A stretch of DNA of 64,000 nucleotides from Antedon mediterranea. Taxonomy: Eukaryota > Animalia > Echinodermata. The notes beneath the pieces were generated by a model. It saw only the letters and a program-made list of their open reading frames with translations. It had not been told where the DNA came from and did no database searches. Positions 39,383 through 51,793 of the stretch are shown here, piece by piece. Numbering within the stretch: position 1 is the first letter of the stretch; each line of letters starts with the position of its first letter. The stretch is taken from assembly GCF_964355755.1 (NCBI RefSeq), contig NC_092679.1, forward strand, positions 24,845,432 to 24,909,431, given 5' to 3'. Both the position numbers and the translations under genes were made by a program.

Positions 39383-39576
39383 GTTTCTCACAGCATTTGC
39401 AATTTCTAGTATAAATTTATATCTTTATGAATTGAGTGAAATTTGATTTACCGCCCTCTATATATTCCATTCAGGAGTGAAATTAAAAATGTGTTGCTGT
39501 CCTCTACAGTAGTAGAGTTACCAAGCTATATTTAGGCATTCAAATATTTACTGTTCATCTTCCCACTATGCAAATT

Positions 39577-40682
39577 TACGAAAGCCCATTAATGCCATTT
39601 TAAGTATATGTTTTTCGAACGTAATCCGTTCTAACAAATTAGTAATTCGTTTGAAAACAGATTAATAATCTGTTCAAACGAATTAGTAATCCGTTCAAAC
39701 GAATTGCAACATATACAACAAGTGCCATTTAAAGTATATGTTGTAATTCGTTTAAACGGATTACTAATCCGTTCAAACGAATTACTAATTTGTTTAAACG
39801 GATTACTAATTTGTTCAAACGAATTACTAATTCGTTCAAACGAATTACTAATTTGTTTAAACGGATTACTAATTTGTTTAAACGAATTAATAATTTGTTT
39901 AAACGGATTACTAATTCGTTCAAACGAATTAGTAATCCGTTTAAACAAATTAATAATTTGTTTAAAATTACTAATTTGTTTAAACGGATTACTAATTCGT
40001 TTGAACGAATTAGTAATTCGTTTAAACAAATTAGTAATCCGTTTAAACAAATTACTAATCCGTTTGGACGGATTCCTAATTCGTTTGAACAGATTATTAA
40101 TCTGTTTAAACAAATTAGTAATTCGTTTGAACGGATTAGTAATCTGTTCAAACGAATTAGTAATCCGTTCAAACCAATTGCAACATATACAACAAGTGCC
40201 ATTTAAAGAATATGTTGTAATTCGTTTGAACGGATTACTAATCCGTTCAAACGAATTACTAATTTGTTTAAACAGATTAACAATCTGTTAAAACGAATTA
40301 GGAATCCGTTCAAACGGATTAGTAATTCGTTTAAACGGATTACTAATTCGTTTGAACGAATTAGTAATTCGTTTGAACGGATTAATAATCCGTTTAAACA
40401 AATTAGTAATTCGTTTGAACGAATTAGTAATCCGTTTAAACAAATTAGTAATTCGTTTGAACGGATTAGTAATCCGTTTGAACAAATTAGTAATCCGTTT
40501 AAACAAATTAGTAATTACAACATATACTTTAAATGGCACTTGTTGTATATGTTGCATTTCGTTTGAACGGATTACTAATTCGTTTGAACAGATTATTAAT
40601 CCGTTCAAACGAATTCCTAATTCGTTAGAACAGATTACGTTCGAAAAACATATACTTAAAATGGCATTAATGGGCTTTCGTA
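39577..40682. mobile_element. Foldback-like TIR element with 6-bp TSD and a 21-bp internal repeat array
   Basis: TIR TACGAAAGCCCATTAATGCCATTTTAAGTATATGTTTTTCGAACGTAATC is perfect for 50 bp. TSD CAAATT (39571-39576, 40683-40688). Interior made of ~21-bp GTT(C/T)AAACG(A/G)ATTA(C/G)TAATC units in mixed orientation. Confidence 0.9.
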
Positions 40683-42929
40683 CAAATTACATAATAATGA
40701 TTTGGTGATCTTAATAAAAGATCACTGATTATCTTAAATAATTAAATTCAAATTTCTACAATATCTTTCCAATTAAATAAAAACCGGCCGTAACTATTTT
40801 TTCAGATATCAATTAAATTCACTACATATAGACTGCAGTCAAGGGTCAACATATCAGAATGTGTATACGTGTGTAGGAGTTTGTGTGTGCAAATTTTTAT
40901 ATTCTCAAAATCAATTTCTAATAAAATTAGAGCACGATTTAGGCTATTTTGAGTATTTCAAAATTTTGCAAAAGTGCAGCAAAAAGTAAAATTCAGCACC
41001 ATAAAACATGTATACTTTAGGTCATGAGATGACATACTTTGTAGGTACATACTTTAACATGCGTTTGTGCGGTCCTTTTTAATTTAATGTTGGAAAAATG
41101 ATCTTCTATTACAACTTTAATAAAGCATGTCACAGAAGCAAATAATATTTATTAGAATCAACCAACTATATTTATTACTTTATTTCAACTATCATGCTTC
41201 TTAAAAAAATGATGTCTGGGAAATTTTTTCTTAATTTCTTTATATGCCATAGAGATCCACAATTGTGTTTATTAATAAACTTTTGCAAGGGAGGATAATA
41301 CTTCCTAGAATGCATTTGGCTTGGTAAAATAGTGAACAATCTTATAAAAGAATCGAATGGCAACATCTTCCATTGTGTGAAACAACATAATTTTGAATAT
41401 AGCTTTACTGCATAATATACCTATGTGATGTACGCCACCAAATGCTCTGTTTTTTTATATTCAACAACAGAGGGCAGTGCAGCTGTCTTTAAAACTTTCA
41501 AGATAATATGGTGCCTTTGTTTAATAAATAATAATAATAATAATAACTCCTCTCAGACCAATAGAAGGTTGATTGTACTTGTTGAAAAGTGTAACATTTA
41601 AGTATGAAGTCATTCATTATGTAAAGTGCTTTTGAACACGTTTAAAATTTGGTTGTATTTTGTCTTGTAGGCCTACATAAAAATTTTTTTGGGATGGACA
41701 AAATATTGTCCCCTTTAGGAATGAACATTTACCACACCCAAAATCTCTGTCCCTCTGATAGGGGTGTCTCTTCAAATAGGATTTCCTGTTTATTGACAAT
41801 AAACACAGTTACATAGAACCAATACACATTCATTTATTATAAATCATAATATTTAATTACAACATTTTCATAAAATTAGTTAATTTATATTGTTAAACTT
41901 AGGATTACAGGGGTCAAAATTCTTCTGACTGGGTTCATGTTTTATTGAACATTATATCTAGTTTTTTACTTCTGTTATTTACTGTATGTCTTTTTGCTCT
42001 AATAGATTTGGGAAGCATGTTTGAGTATTTCTTTCCATTGAAAGTTTTGCTAATCCACACATTATTAATTTAACATTTTTCAAATAAAAGTAAATTCCAA
42101 GCTTATTTTTGTTAATCAGACTTTTTGTTTAACAATAAAATGTCACTTTCAAAAAGTTATGCGTAATGACTTAATAATAGTTTACAACTTCTAGTTCGCT
42201 CAAAATATTCAAATATATGCGGCCTGCTTTTCGTATGAACTAATTCCCTACTTAAAATGTACCAAAATGCTGAGTTGTTGCCACTAATCTAGATGTAGAA
42301 CGCTGTCCTATTTTCAATCAAATTTCTTTTTTATTGTTTGTTGACGCATTGTAGAATTTATGGGTCAGTCGATGTTGGATGTATGTATAAATTGATGTAG
42401 TATAATTTATATATTGTGATTAATGCTAACTCGGTATGCCGTTTTAGACATGTTCGATTTGTTGACTGTATTTAGATGTTAAAAAGTAATGGTTGAGTAG
42501 CACCAGTTGTGAACAAACATTAGAGCATTTCCCAATCGTAACATGTACGCAATAGAAACAAATTGAGAACAGAGTGCGAGTGTACTTATTATTGGCTCGT
42601 TCACATATCCCATGATACATGCAAAATGTAGGCCACCGCATTTTAACATCTAAATAATGTAATAAACTGCACTGTAAATGAATGCTATTGTTTTAACATG
42701 TAATATTCTTATTATTATTTTTTAAACTATATTTATATTATGTATGATGGCTCTCAATATTTAAAGCTAAACTCCTATTTTTTACTACAATGTTAAAAAT
42801 CAATATTTTATAAACATCGTAGTTAAACAAAATATAATTTTGAAAAGTTGGGTTAGTTTATGAAACTTGTTTAATATAAAGTTTGCGGTACACCACGTGT
42901 AATAGTTCTAAAAAAGAACTGTTGAGTTT

Positions 42930-42969
42930 CTCGACGTTTTGATCAATATGCTTTGATCGTCCTCAGGAG
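42930..42969 (-). ncRNA. Minimal type I hammerhead ribozyme of Penelope-like P1, G12>A mutated
   Basis: Minus strand: CTC CTGAGGA C GATCAA agcata TTGATC AAAA CGTC/GAG. Stem II 6 bp, palindromic ACGT stem III, stem I CTC/GAG. GAAA is changed to AAAA at 42940. Confidence 0.65.
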
Positions 42970-43510
42970 TGAGAAATGAAACTTCTTACACAAACTTATT
43001 AAAATGTCAATACTTTTACTAAATGAAAGTAAAGAAAGTTTTTTAACAAAAAAAATGTGATATGTTTCTGTCACTCAAGTCTGTTGAATATGTCAAGGCG
43101 CATTATTTTTCTGATGGATATTTGACGAATGCTGTCATGTTTGAGTTCAATTCAATCATACAGCCATCAACTTTCTCAATTTTTGATTCACTTCCCAACT
43201 GTAAGGAGAAAAAACATAAATATCTATGAATCATATATTTCTAAGAGATATATACACAAAGAACATGAGATAAAAGTTTTTTGAGAGGGAAATTTAATTA
43301 TTTTTGTCTAAATCTGTTTATTAGCCTAAAGATTTGGGATAAAATCTTAATATTGATTATAAACTAAAAGAGAAATTTCCTCAGAAATATGACAAACCAG
43401 CAAACAGATTTACTTCTAATAAATTAATCTTAGCATTTTAGTGACAAAATTGACCAACATTAAAATTAAAGAATATTTTTAATTAATTTGATAGAAATTT
43501 GCATACAAGA

Positions 43511-44190
43511 AAGTATACTGTATAGGATAAAATAAAGTATACTGTATAGGATAAAATAAAGTATACTGTATAGGATAAAATAAAGTATACTGTATAGGAT
43601 AAAATAAAGTATACTGTATAGGATAAAATAAAGTATACTGTATAGGATAAAATAAAGTATACTGTATAGGATAAAATAAAGTATACTGTATAGGATAAAA
43701 TAAAGTATACTGTATAGGATAAAATAAAGTATACTGTATAGGATAAAATAAAGTATACTGTATAGGATAAAATAAAGTATACTGTATAGGATAAAATAAA
43801 GTATACTGTATAGGATAAAATAAAGTATACTGTATAGGATAAAATAAAGTATACTGTATAGGATAAAATAAAGTATACTGTATAGGATAAAATAAAGTAT
43901 ACTGTATAGGATAAAATAAAGTATACTGTATAGGATAAAATAAAGTATACTGTATAGGATAAAATAAAGTATACTGTATAGGATAAAATAAAGTATACTG
44001 TATAGGATAAAATAAAGTATACTGTATAGGATAAAATAAAGTATACTGTATAGGATAAAATAAAGTATACTGTATAGGATAAAATAAAGTATACTGTATA
44101 GGATGATAAAATAAAGTATACTGTATAGGATGATAAAATAAAGTATACTGTATAGGATGATAAAATAAAGTATACTGTATAGGATAAAAT
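43511..44190 (+). repeat. 24-bp minisatellite, ~28 copies
   Basis: (AAGTATACTGTATAGGATAAAATA)n. Three units near the 3' end carry an extra GAT. Confidence 0.97.
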
Positions 44191-44342
44191 TGAAAACTAA
44201 ACTATTTTACTATTAAATGGTTGTAATAGTTTATTTTTATTTGTATTAAATATCGGATCAAAGTCATTAATCTGCTTTAGTAATTTTAACTAGGAAATGT
44301 CAAAGATGTTCATTGTGAAAAGAGAGGGCCGCCATTTCTTAA

Positions 44343-44971
44343 AGACACCTTCCCTGCATTTTTTAGATCTATTTTAAGAACACAAACTATATTTAATGTA
44401 AAAATAATACTATATGGTCCTATTGCGATAACTTTTTTCATCTTTAAATGGTTAAAAATGTGAAAAATAAGTTGATTCTAATAATTATAGCGGCCTGCTA
44501 TAAATCCCAAAATGCATTGCGCGCGGATTGATATTTCTGTTTTTCTTCTGTAATTCACCCACTTTTCGATCGATCGTGGGGCCAAAACAAATGGAAGACT
44601 CCTAACTTTTCAGTGAAAATATTAGGTTTTCCCCAATTTGTATCAACGAAGTCTGGCAAAAATAGAAAGACAATTAATGCAGCAACTATACAACGTCAGG
44701 CTAGGTATATAGCTAGCGTACGATGTTCGTACGTTACCGATGTTTACCAGCTAGGCCTACAAAACTAAGCCTAGCTAGGCTAGGCCTAAAGACCGTCCAC
44801 GAGAGGTCAGTTGCCGAGCTACTTACTGTAGGTAGTGCATTGTTTCTCACTTTTTATCATAATTTACCATAAAACGTACATTTAAGACAAGGAATGACCT
44901 AGTTTAATGTTTTTAAAGTAATATATATGTATTATTTTTACAAAACGTCACAAATTGTAGGGAAGGTGTCT
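44343..44971 (+). mobile_element. Intact Kolobok-like MITE A (629 bp)
   Basis: TTAA|AGACACCTTCCCTGCA ... TGTAGGGAAGGTGTCT|TTAA. Confidence 0.88.
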
Positions 44972-45196
44972 TTAAACAATGCTTAAATGTGATATGGAAA
45001 ATTAGTTACTTTCACATTACTTCAACTTTAACCCTTTAACAGTTAAGTTATATTATTATTACTAAATATAGTATTTCTACATTTGTATCATTTTCAACTT
45101 CCAAACTGTAAGATCTCTCACTTCATGGTACAAGTTAAAATGCTACCCAAAATGCTGAGGCAAACAAATATTCAAGATGCAATACTTGATGGAAGG

Positions 45197-45520
45197 TCAA
45201 CTGCGGTCAATCAAATAACCATTATTTTGTGTTGCAGCTAAAAGTTGCACAGCAATTTAACTAGAAATGGTGATCTAACACCAAATCAATTAGGTGTTTT
45301 AACTATTATTTTGTAGGCTGCTATTAACTGGTTATCCGTAATTTGTGCTGTTATTCTACTTCCAAGAAATTGTGGTTAATTTATTCACACAGGTTAATAA
45401 TTGTTTCAATCTTTGTACTACTGCTTTGTCTGCTTTTTGTAAATTTGTTATATATACCTGAATAAATAAATAAAAATAAATAAATAAATTGGTTATTTTT
45501 TTGCAGCAGACACAGGAACC
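45197..45520 (+). mobile_element. Diverged right part of the Harbinger-like family (cf. 16970-17221)
   Basis: GTCAATCAAATAA..GTGTTGCAGCTAA..TTTATTCACAC..GCAGCAGACACAGG, interrupted by a short (TAAA)n-tailed insert. Confidence 0.6.
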
Positions 45521-46656
45521 TACAATTTTTATTCACTTTCAGTGACCAATTGTGATTGTAATAAATAATTTTAATGGCAGTGAATTTGAGGCCAGGGCTG
45601 TATTGCTGTTGATCCCAATGGATGGTCTACAGTTAGCACTTAATGATTTTGCCAAATGTTTAGCACTTAGAGGTTGACTTGTCAAAGGCAGTATCACTTT
45701 ATCAGTTAAGCTCTGGATTCATAAGTTTTACTTGCTCTGACTTTGAAACGTGACAAACTATTCATGTACATGATTTTACCTGACATCAATTGACAGTCTG
45801 TTCCTCCCATTTAATTTTACCAATTTTATTATTCCTTCAATCATACTGGTGTTTCTTATGTTTTCAAATGCGAGCTCAAAGTTGATATTGGTGATTCAAA
45901 TATTCCAGAGTAGGCCTATCTTGTGAAATTAAAGAAATGTCTTTTATTTCAATTTGATTTAAGAATGTAAATTTATTATTTATTTTTTTATTTTTTATTA
46001 CTAACTTGCAATACAAAATCAACAACTGACAAGCCAAATTTGATGTAAAAATAATATCTGATATCTCTCTATTTGAGAAGTAAAAATCTTTGAATCAACC
46101 AAAACAAAACTGTTTTTTTTTATGGTGTTTTATTTTAATCAATAGTTTTAAATTCAGAAGAAATTAAAAATTTGGTAATAAAAATTAAATAATGGCTTAA
46201 ACTTGATTAATTACATATATTAATTATGGTGTATTAATTGCACTCCTAGTTTTGTGCATCATGTTTGGACCTGCTTCATTGAATCTGATGAAAGTGATGC
46301 ATAAACTCTGCTCTACTGAACATTGTTCTTTATTAGATATTCAGGCCTGTAACTAGGATTTTTATTGAGGGTTCGAATTTGGAAAAAGTGGATCCCTTGA
46401 TGGACCAACCAATAGTAATCTGATTCATATTTGCATTTGATGTTCCTTTTGCTAAAATGTGTTCAAAGAATTTGAATTAGATTTTATTATTCAAGATCAC
46501 AAAAGAAAGATCAAAAATATACGGCCAAAATATTTGATAAAATAGGAAGCATTACATTTTTCTTCCGCACTGTTTATAATTGAAAATATATTCAAAAGTA
46601 AAACTTATATACCAACCAAATTTTTTTTAGAGTTTGTGCTCTCAAAAACTGTTTAA

Positions 46657-46884
46657 GTGGTTGTCCGATCAACTGAGAGACTTCACAATTGCACATTTTA
46701 CCAGTTCTCTCCAGTGAGTGTCCTATCAACTGAGAGACTTCACAATTGCACATTTTACCAGTTCTCTCCAGTGGGTGTCCTATCAACTGAGAGACTTCAC
46801 AATTGCACATTTTACCAGTTCTCTCCAGTGGGTGTCCTATCAACTGAGAGACTTCACAATTGCACATTTTACCAGTTCTCTCCA
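46657..46884 (+). repeat. 57-bp tandem repeat x4
   Basis: GTGGGTGTCCTATCAACTGAGAGACTTCACAATTGCACATTTTACCAGTTCTCTCCA. Confidence 0.95.
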
Positions 46885-47244
46885 CTGAAAAAGTCTCCGT
46901 TATGTGCATCTGTATTTCAAAATCCTAGATTTGCCACTGCTTTTTTGATGATTTATTGCTGCCCAAGTTTAAAATAGAATTCTGAGAAGACCTTGGATGA
47001 AATAACAAATATTAAATTTAATGTGGCCACTTCAACATTACCTACTGCAGTCAGCAGCGGCATTCATATCGAAAATGTATCTATGATTCAAATTGAATGC
47101 TCAGTTTAAAATCTCTGTCTGAATACAATTGTATTAATAATAATAATAGCTCTCTATGCGCTGCACATTTATTACCGCGGTCATTTTTCTTATCAAACAC
47201 GTATAGAAACATCATAATATGCAGCTAGTAAAAGTTGTGTCTTG

Positions 47245-47372
47245 ATCTAACCGGTACCCATTTTATACACCTGGGTGTAGAGAGGCAAATTTAAGTAAAG
47301 AATAAAAGCAATGCGAAGAGAGTTGGATCGAAATCACGATCTCACGTCCAACACACCTCGCCACATGCCCTC
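47245..47372 (-). mobile_element. Decayed tRNA-derived CORE-like SINE fragment
   Basis: Reverse complement TTGCCTCTCTACACCCAGGTGTATAAAATGGGTACC resembles the invertebrate CORE-SINE central motif. Degenerate tRNA-like head. Confidence 0.5.
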
Positions 47373-48049
47373 ACTAATTCATAATATTAACATGATTTAT
47401 AATAGTCCAGTAGTGGACATCTTGCAAACTCTATGCATAAATAATGTGAGTACATAAATTGAACATGAACACCACAACATGCATCATAATCTAATCTTTA
47501 GATTTTGATTCACATCATACTTTTTAAAAGTTGGACAAATTAGTTTTATAAAAACAATGTTTTAATGGAATATCAAATGGTTTAACACTGAAACTGTGCC
47601 AGAAACTATTATGCTGAAAACTTGTGGCAAGTGTTGTGGATTATATATCTTCCTGTTAGTAGAGATATGAAGACATTGGATTATCTACTAAGCCTGGCTT
47701 TTGAAGTGGGATTAGGTGAACGATATAGGCAGGCAGTATATGGTTATTAAACTTTGTTTCTTTGAACTTTATTCAATTCATTTAAATAATGATTTAATTT
47801 TTTTTACTTCTTGTTTTTTAATCTCATAAAAACATTGATTAGTAAATGTAGTAAATCGATATATTCATGATACTTTACTAATGAGTAATTAATTTATTTC
47901 ATTTCTCAAGCCATTGGTTTGTTTGTTTTTTATTTGTTGCTCTTCATCAAATACAAAAATACAACCCTAAATATATACATATAACCAGGATGACAGATGT
48001 AGAGGGATGTGCTCCACCATGTGACATGACACACCTATGATGACTACAA

Positions 48050-48200
48050 TTCAAAGTAATACCGGCTCTGTCGTCGCCCGCCACAAGGACAGCGCCTTCT
48101 GTTGATGTAAACTAGGACAGAGGTGTATGTTACTGGAAGACAAAAAAAAGGATAACATAACAATTGGTAGATGGAATGTCAAAACTGTGCTACAGGAAAT
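48050..48200 (+). pseudogene. RTE LINE 5' fragment (start of the AP endonuclease domain)
   Basis: NITIGRWNVKTV resembles the RTE APE start IGTWNVRTL. Nothing homologous follows. Confidence 0.5.
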
Positions 48201-49397
48201 GTTAAGGAAAAATATAACTGCCACATCGTTAAGACTCCTTCTCCCAGACATGCTTAGGGGTTTGAGCATGCCTAGTACGAGTTTCCAAATACCTATTTTT
48301 GAGCCGTAGTAAACTATAAGCTACCGAATGCAACTGTTTCCTAATGATTCTGTTCTCTTAAATATAACTGCCTAAAGGAGCGGTGTGAAAACTATGAAAA
48401 ATAATGGTTATCAGATGACTATTATTGACTTTTATTTTCGTGCTATAGCAAAAATTTTCCACCGTATACCCACCATCTTTTTTTTCACTTTCTAGGGATC
48501 ACCAGAGTTTGTACTATTAACATATTAGTTAATTATTTAAGAGGTAAATGAACTATTTAGGTGTTTGCATCATCACCACACTTTCCATCCATATCTCAAT
48601 GTAGCTTTAATCATCAATTATTAAAGTCATCATTTTATACAACAGACTGATGTTAATGATATTCCTTATTGGGCCTGATGTTTCTCTTGCATCTCCTCAA
48701 AATACTGTATGAAATAACATTTTAATATCATATGGGCACCATTTCTGTACTTCTCTTGGGTGGTTAAATGTGATTATTATTATACTGCGTGGATAGCTTT
48801 TTTAAATATGAAGCAGTGTTGTAGACTATATGTTGTTTTTATTGTTTTTTATATTTTTTCTAAATATTTTATTTCAATTCACACTCTAAAGCGGGGAGCC
48901 CGCCACTTACAGAAATCTTATTATTTTGATTTCTTTCTGTACAGATTTAGTTATTTCTGTAACTAAACTAGACTTGTTATTGTTAATTTGTATTGTTAAC
49001 ATAACTAACTATGGACTATTGACACTTTCATAACATAAACTCTGAATTTTCACATGTTTTAATTTTGGGAGTCAAGTGTGGATCGTTTAGATGAGAGGAT
49101 TGGCTGATCTAGGTTAGTTGTTCCAACTTCCTTCCCATTGGATTTGTAAAGGAACTTTTTCAAACTTTGACTTGGAGGCTTTATAATTTTATAGACATCA
49201 TTCATTTGAATTCACAAACAAGACACTACTATTCAATTCGACCATCTGCAACCATAATAGTTGGTTGCCTCCATCCATTAACAGGCAAGTGAGAAAAAAA
49301 CACAATTTGACCAATATTAAATATTAAGCCATGGATCTTTGTCGGCCTCTATTGCGTGTTGTGATTGGTTTAATTACATGTGTTTCATTGCATTGTG

Positions 49398-51143
49398 CTA
49401 CGCTCGCGCTAACCGCTCGCCAATTCGCCAATGGCGACTGGAGTCTCCATTTGGCGAAAATAATTATTGCCTCGTTCGCCAAATTGGCGAAAATACCTAG
49501 GCCTAGCCTGGTCGGCGTGACTTCTTATGGGAGCGAGAATTCGCCACACTTCAGTACTTTCTGACTCGGGTACACTTTTTACCACCACAGCATTTTATGT
49601 GACGACGTCACAATCGCCGTGTTCATTTTTTTAGTTCTGTTTAAACATGCGCAGAGCGTGCCTCGATGACGTTTTAATGACACACAGTTAATGTGATTGG
49701 TTCGTGGCCGGTCGTCGTCGACGTGATGATGAGCAAATAAAAGGGGAAGTCCCTATTCTTCGACGTAGAAAATGAACTTCAAGAAGAAATGTGGACGAAT
49801 ACTTCCGTAAACGAGGCTGTTCTGTTATTTAAAAAGGGGAATTTTAAATTTAACAAAGTAATTACCTCAATAGTATAATGTTACATGTTTAATTTTATTT
49901 CCCGATTATCTAACCGAAAGTTGCGCTTTAAATTGAATAGCTAAGAAACAACGTATACTACAACGGCAACCCTGGCCAAAGCGCGTTTCGGCCGCCTACA
50001 TAGAATGGGTTACGGCCGCTGCATAGCAAATTCAAAGCTTCTTAAATTTCTGCGGTACATTTCTTCCTAACGTACTTGTTTTATATAATAGATTGATAAA
50101 TATTCCACTTATTAAATAATTTAATAAATCGGTAAAATTGACGTTTCGAAGCAAATATTCCATGATGAGAGGCGACATTTTTCGACATGCCTCGTGTGCG
50201 GCGAAGACTAGTTCAGAAAATGGAACAGTCCACTGCGGGGGTTATCCAATCATTAATTAACGCGCTAATACATGCATACCATGCACATTGCCTGGGCGAC
50301 GGTAATTTAGTAATAAGCGGAGAACTGAATCCCCCGTAAGGAAAATGGTAAACACTGATATTTATGGTAGGGATTATTTTTTTCAGTGGTTGGTCTTGTT
50401 GGCTTCTTCGCTCCAGGTCCACGCAAAATCAAATAAAACGATGTGGTTTATCAAACAGAAATATAAATTAGCTTTAATTCAATACTAAATTAGCCAGATT
50501 TTGATAATGAGAAAGACTCAAAAATTGAATTTTTATCGTTAAAATTGACATATGAGGCGGATGTACATAATAATAATAACCGATTTACATATCAAAATAA
50601 AGAGTATTTAAAGCCTGATAACATGCAACAAAAATTACTCCACCACCTATTATGGACCTTGTGCGATCGGGTGCGAAAATGGGTAGGTGTTTTCCAAAGT
50701 TATTTTTAGCGCGCAGATTTCGGCTCGCCGGCTTTTGTACCTCATTTTTAACTCGCGTTTTCTATTAAAATATTTAATAAACATAGATTAAAAATATATA
50801 AAAATAATCTATTAAACAAGATCTTTCCAGGCATATAATTTTTATTCTCATGGGTACACAAGAAATAGTATATTTTTAACTTCAAAGACACGTCACTTTT
50901 TGAAATTTCACGAATGTGTTAAAATCGCGGTAACGAAAATCAGCTTCATTGGGATACCTAATAATAATATAAATGTAAAAGAAGTAAAATAACAAACAAA
51001 TACATGCATTATTTATTTAATAAACATTTTTGCGAATTTTTATGGTTTTTGAAATTTGGCTAAAGGATTTTCAATTTGGCTAATGTTTTTCAAAACCTTT
51101 CGCCATTTTGGCGAACGAAAATTTGACCTTAGCGCGAGCGTAG
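49398..51143. mobile_element. Non-autonomous TIR element with 6-bp TSD (hAT6-like)
   Basis: Perfect 15-bp TIR CTACGCTCGCGCTAA. TSD ATTGTG (49392-49397, 51144-51149). TTCGCCA/TGGCGAA subterminal arrays as in 28175-29988. Confidence 0.85.
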
Positions 51144-51793
51144 ATTGTGTCCTATTGGGAACCAATCTTTAGATCTTAGGGTACATTAAATTCTTTCCTG
51201 AAAGTCACTCTACTTTTTAGCCATTATTAGTTATCCGCTTAGTAGCGGATAACTCCTTGTAACTGTCCTGTTTCATCATCTTTTTTTTTTTCTGTATTAT
51301 ACTTCTTTCCTTCTGTAATTTTTGTGCGTCGCGTTTCTCTAACAGAACATATCGTAACTTTGTCAACATATCAACATTTACGTGAACTTGTGCACCTCCT
51401 ATTTTTGAATTACGTCAGAGTTGCGCAACGTAAATTACGCGCGATTTTATGAATTGCAATGATTGATCATAGATTATAAACCAAAAGTTATTTTGTATTG
51501 ACACTTAGTGAAAATTTAAGTCATATTAAGGGCAAACTTTCTATGGATTAAAAATGGCATGTTTCACAAGAAGTTACGTGCGCACGCGCATTTAAAATTT
51601 CAAAATGCGAAATTTCTAATCAACTTTCTACGCTGATCATGACATTTTGAGCATGTCTAAAATTCCCACGCGCGCGAAAAATTTTACGCGTAAGGTGCGC
51701 ACGGAGCATGAAAATCATGTGTTTTTCTCTTGAATTATGATTTTACAGCCTTTCTTAGTCATTTAAAAAAAGATTAACATCATTTCAAATTAA

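Noticed and set aside
39577-40682. CRISPR-like repeat/spacer appearance and many overlapping ORFs
   Set aside because: The 'spacers' are copies of one module, units switch orientation, there are no cas genes, and the context is eukaryotic. The ORFs are translations of a 21-bp repeat.
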